Below are positions 60,635 to 64,000 of a stretch of DNA of 64,000 nt, piece after piece. Made by a program: the position numbers and the translations under genes. The stretch is from Acidimicrobiia bacterium (GTDB taxonomy: Bacteria; Actinomycetota; Acidimicrobiia; Spongiisociales; Spongiisociaceae): assembly GCA_041576165.1 (NCBI GenBank), contig JBFGLM010000018.1, positions 1-64,000 of the forward strand, written 5' to 3'. The notes under the pieces are model-generated. The model had not been told where the DNA came from, searched no databases, and saw only the letters and a program-made list of their open reading frames with translations. Every line of letters begins with the position of its first letter. Positions within the stretch are counted from its first letter, which is position 1.

Positions 60635-62599
60635 GTGACGGTGAGGCAGCCAATTCGATCACAACTTCGGTCGTCATCCGGGTGGGTGGGGCTGGCCGGC
60701 CTGGTGGCCGTCGCGCTGATGGTCACCTCGTGCGGTCAGCGAGCCGAAACCGAGCCCGCGCCGGTATCCCTCGTCGCCGAGCCCACCACCACCGCAGTAT
60801 CCAGTCCCAGCACGTCGGCCAACGCCGGCGGCACGGGCGCCACCGTTACCGGCGTGCAGGCTTCTTCGACACCATCTCTGGTCCAGGTGGCGTTCCGGAT
60901 CCGCGACGACTCGTTCGAGCTCGGAGCTGATGCCGGATGGCTGGGGGCGCTCAACCAGGATGTGACCGTCCCGGCGGAGACCACATTCCGGATCCGGGTC
61001 GAGATCGAGGAGGCGAATGGTGCCGGTATCGAATCGGCCTTTCTCTTGCAGTACCGGCACAGCGGTGGCGTATGGACCGATCTGCCCACCACCCGCCCGC
61101 TCGACGAGCGCGATCGGTCGGAGACACAGGGGGTCGAGTCGTGGCCGACGTCTGAGTTTGCAGTTGGTGCTCCGACCGATGATCTGCTGGCCGGGTCCGA
61201 TCGCGCGTTCGTGCCGGGCAGCGCAACGGCCGCACCATCCAACACCGCGGAAAGCGTGTTCCTGCAGGGCCAGCACACCGAGCTCGAGTGGTCGGTCCGG
61301 ATCCACAAGTTCTTCGACGGCCCAGCCAGCAACCACGAAGGGGCGAGCTTCGAGTTTCGGGTGGTGCGGGCTGACGGCACGCCCCTCGACGCGTACGCCG
61401 CCGCGCCGATGCTGACGCTCGACTGGCCTGACGGGCTCGTCGGCGGGACCTATGTAGAAAGCCCCCACCGACTCGGACCGTTTCGCGACACCAACGGCAA
61501 TCTGTATTTCCCTGTCGAATACACAGAGACTGATGCAGAGTGGGCGATGCTCAAATCGGAAGACGGCGGCAAGACCTGGACGCCGGTCGATGAAATCGGG
61601 GCGCCGAGCAGCGGCGATCTGGAAAGCGTCGACATCCAGCAGGTCGGAGACACACTTCACATCCTCCACACCGGCGGATCCACGGCCTCCCTTGACGTCC
61701 ACTACTACACGTTCGCGATGTCGGATCACCCGGCTGCGCCCGACGCATGGGGGCTCGACGAGCTGGTGGCCGGTGACTTCGCCGCCGGTGATCAGTCATC
61801 GTCGCTCGTTGTGCTGGCCGATGGCCGGGTGCGAGCATTCTTCCGCTATGAAGACCGCGGCACGGATCGGATCGGCTATCGCACCCGGACGGTCGACGGG
61901 AGCTGGGAAACGATCACGACCGAGATCGACTCCGTGGCGGCCGACTTCACCGACGTGGTTGCGGTGCCGTCGGCGGCCCGGCGGGACCTCGTGCACGTGT
62001 TCTACAACGACAACGCCAACGGCATGCTCTACCACCGGACGTTGGACGGCGAAGGAAGACTCACAGACCGGGTGCTGATCGCCTCCGGCACCGGTACGGA
62101 GGGCGAAGACGAGCAGCCGATCGTCCCGCCGGTCACCTGGAACGATGGCGCCGACATGGTGCTGGTCGGGTACTGGAGCGAATCATCCGGGAGGCGGCTG
62201 CGGGCTGCGGTCCTGCGCGATGGCGTCGTGGTTTCGGACCGGCGGTGGTCGGATGTGGTCCCTGCGCAGGATCGAGGCACGTCATCCCAGCCCGTTGCAG
62301 ACCTGGCCGGCGACGGCGGCACCGTCTACGGCCTGTTTGCCGATGCCGGTCAGCCCGACCAGGTCTACGCCGACCTGAACGCCGGCGACACGAGCTGGGG
62401 GACCGACGTAGCGCAGTTCACAAACCCGTATGACGATTATGGCTGGATTCGCGGGAACGTCTTCACCCATGCAGAACGCAACGGCGGCGCCCGGGTCTAC
62501 GGCTTCGTATATGACACCGGGAACGAGGCCGCCCGGGTGGGCTACGGCACCGGCTACATCCATTACCGGGAACTGACCCTCCCATTCGGGACGGGATAG
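60635..62599 (+). CDS. Probable lipoprotein carrying the duplicated BNR-containing module
   Basis: Hydrophobic signal ending LMVTSC, Pro/Thr/Ser linker, then a module paralogous to 58141-59838; start uncertain. Confidence 0.8.
   Translation: MTVRQPIRSQLRSSSGWVGLAGLVAVALMVTSCGQRAETEPAPVSLVAEPTTTAVSSPSTSANAGGTGATVTGVQASSTPSLVQVAFRIRDDSFELGADAGWLGALNQDVTVPAETTFRIRVEIEEANGAGIESAFLLQYRHSGGVWTDLPTTRPLDERDRSETQGVESWPTSEFAVGAPTDDLLAGSDRAFVPGSATAAPSNTAESVFLQGQHTELEWSVRIHKFFDGPASNHEGASFEFRVVRADGTPLDAYAAAPMLTLDWPDGLVGGTYVESPHRLGPFRDTNGNLYFPVEYTETDAEWAMLKSEDGGKTWTPVDEIGAPSSGDLESVDIQQVGDTLHILHTGGSTASLDVHYYTFAMSDHPAAPDAWGLDELVAGDFAAGDQSSSLVVLADGRVRAFFRYEDRGTDRIGYRTRTVDGSWETITTEIDSVAADFTDVVAVPSAARRDLVHVFYNDNANGMLYHRTLDGEGRLTDRVLIASGTGTEGEDEQPIVPPVTWNDGADMVLVGYWSESSGRRLRAAVLRDGVVVSDRRWSDVVPAQDRGTSSQPVADLAGDGGTVYGLFADAGQPDQVYADLNAGDTSWGTDVAQFTNPYDDYGWIRGNVFTHAERNGGARVYGFVYDTGNEAARVGYGTGYIHYRELTLPFGTG
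60893..62590 (+). repeat. Duplicated module, copy 2 (1698 nt)
   Basis: Same length as copy 1; shares long identical peptides such as LDWPDGLVGGTYVESPHRLGPFRD. Confidence 0.9.
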
Positions 62600-62798
62600 A
62601 GACACGAGTGAAAGAGCGCCGAATGGTTCGCCAGCCGGCGCTTGCCCGAGGGATCTCTCTCCGCCCCGGCGCCCCGCTGGCGGCCCGCAATCTCTCATGG
62701 ACCCGTTACCTGACCGAGAAGTCTCGCTTCGGCGGCCCGGCCCTGATTAAGGCATTGACCTTCGCTGGGAATGGTGATGTACTGTCGCTTCACAACGC

Positions 62799-62879
62799 GC
62801 TCATCAAGAGCGGTGGAGGGACAGGCCCTGTGAAGCCGCGGCAACCGGACGAGTACGGTGCCAATGCCTGTCGATGAGT
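62799..62879 (+). ncRNA. SAM-I riboswitch, compact variant without P4
   Basis: CTCATCAAGAG..GGAGGGA..GAAG..GGCAACC..GGTGCCAA..GATGAG; P1 CTCATC/GATGAG; pseudoknot ACAGGC/GCCTGT. Confidence 0.92.
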
Positions 62880-62944
62880 TCTAGCTGACGGCGGTTTTCC
62901 GCTCGCAGCGCTCGGAGAGCGCGTACAAGCGATTAGGAGCCAAC

Positions 62945-63034
62945 GTGGAATCGTCGTTGATCGTACACCGCACGCCTCCTAGCCGGGCGCCCTGTCGGTG
63001 CTCTCGGGTGGTCGTTCATCGGGCGGGCCGCTGA
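62945..63034 (+). CDS. Putative 29-aa leader peptide with CRC motif
   Basis: AGGAG SD before GTG; MESSLIVHRTPPSRAPCRCSRVVVHRAGR; lies between the riboswitch and the OsmC-like gene. Confidence 0.45.
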   Translation: MESSLIVHRTPPSRAPCRCSRVVVHRAGR

Positions 63035-63149
63035 CGCCTGCGACACAACGCCAGCCACCCGAGAGGCTTCGGGCCATCCCGCCTGATCCCGGCGTTCCCG
63101 CACGCGGACTGCGGTTCGCAGCAAATCGGTCAAGGAAGAAGGAGAGGTA

Positions 63150-63710
63150 ATGACCACAACCCAACAACCTGTCAACAACGGCGTCAACGTGCAAGCCCTG
63201 CTCGAGGCACGCCAAGCCCTCACCGATGCGCCCGAGGCGGCGCAATTCACGTGGAGGGCGACCACCGAGTGGGCGGGCGGTACGCACAGCCAGTCCACCG
63301 TGGAGGGCTTCCACGGCCTGGGAGAGGAGCAGGCACACAAGACAACGTTCACCTTCTCGGCCGATCATCCAGAGATCTTCGCCTCGGAGGATTTGGGTGC
63401 CACTCCCGTCGAGCTCGTGCTGGTCGGCCTGGCCAGCTGCCTCACTGCCGGTGTTGCGTCGGTGGCGCAGAATCGTGAGATTCAGCTGAACTCGGTCAAG
63501 GCGACGATCGAGGGCGACATGGACATCCTTGGCATCCTCGGGGCCGATCCCGAGGTCAGGAACGGTTTCAGCGGAATCCGCGTCAACTACGAAATCGACG
63601 CTGACGCGACCCAGCAGGAGATCGAAGCGCTGGTGGCGCAATCCCAGAAGCGCTCGGCGGTGTTCGACGTGGTCACCAACCCGACCAACGTCACCGTCAG
63701 CGTCAACTGA
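63150..63710 (+). CDS. OsmC-family protein
   Basis: NGVNV, ADHPE..D.GATPVE..L.GLASCL and RSAVFD; strong SD. Confidence 0.88.
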   Translation: MTTTQQPVNNGVNVQALLEARQALTDAPEAAQFTWRATTEWAGGTHSQSTVEGFHGLGEEQAHKTTFTFSADHPEIFASEDLGATPVELVLVGLASCLTAGVASVAQNREIQLNSVKATIEGDMDILGILGADPEVRNGFSGIRVNYEIDADATQQEIEALVAQSQKRSAVFDVVTNPTNVTVSVN

Positions 63711-63726
63711 GTCCAGTCCCGGCATC

Positions 63727-64000
63727 GTGTACATCCCGGCGGTAGTCATCGGGGCCGGCCATGCCGGCCTGGCGATCAGCCATGGTCTGACCGAGCGGTC
63801 GGTGGACCATGTCGTGCTCGAACGCGGCGAGGTGGCCCAGACGTGGCGGAGCGAACGGTGGGACTCTCTCCGCTTGCTCACGCCCAACTGGCAAAGCCGC
63901 CTCCCCGGCTTCGCGTATGACGGTGATGACCCCGATGGGTTCATGACGATGCCCGACGTGGTCCACTTCATCGAAAGCTATGCCAAAGCAATCGACGCGC
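63727..64000 (+). CDS. Flavin-containing monooxygenase-like protein, partial
   Basis: VVIGAGHAGLA and LERGEVAQTWRSERWDSLRLLTPNW; runs off the window. Confidence 0.85.
   Translation, partial: MYIPAVVIGAGHAGLAISHGLTERSVDHVVLERGEVAQTWRSERWDSLRLLTPNWQSRLPGFAYDGDDPDGFMTMPDVVHFIESYAKAIDA

Noticed and set aside
51157-62599. Secreted proteins as substrates of the class E sortase
   Set aside because: None has an LPxTG/LAxTG motif followed by a TM segment and basic tail
63708-63730. TGA read-through from the OsmC-like gene into the flavoprotein
   Set aside because: The frames differ (16-nt gap) and the TGA is not at a Cys motif
48300-64000. attR duplicate of the tRNA-Ala 3' end, or an integrase
   Set aside because: None found by eye in the window
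1-64000. CRISPR array, rRNA, tRNA-Sec or sel genes
   Set aside because: No regularly spaced repeats or matching motifs seen

Overview
High-GC bacterial chromosome segment that looks actinobacterial, most likely Acidimicrobiia-like. This is inferred from F420-type enzymes, a class E sortase and the galU-moeA-moaC-sepX-tRNA-Ala gene order. Bases 1-48.3 kb are mostly housekeeping and metabolic genes: a membrane HD-GYP-like pair with a DUF5317 gene, a probable UGA-recoded AhpD-like selenoprotein with thioredoxin, a heme cluster (hemACDBLEY plus MFS, hemF, hemH), an ABC exporter, acnA with a SufR-like regulator and Mrp, Moco genes, a translin-family gene and tRNA-Ala(CGC). Beyond the tRNA lies an accessory region with a decayed Doc toxin and intact antitoxin, IS481 and TetR remnants, and four large secreted modular proteins, two of which share a duplicated 566-codon module. 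The window ends with a SAM-I riboswitch and a possible CxC leader peptide ahead of an OsmC-like gene and a flavoprotein gene. Best leads: the CxxU selenoprotein with a SECIS-like hairpin, the riboswitch/leader-peptide operon, a possible peptide-signalling locus (HD-GYP pair, LspA-like DUF5317 and a micro-ORF), a protoporphyrin-type heme route in an actinobacterium, and translin next to a tRNA. All calls come from motif recognition by eye; no database searches were run.
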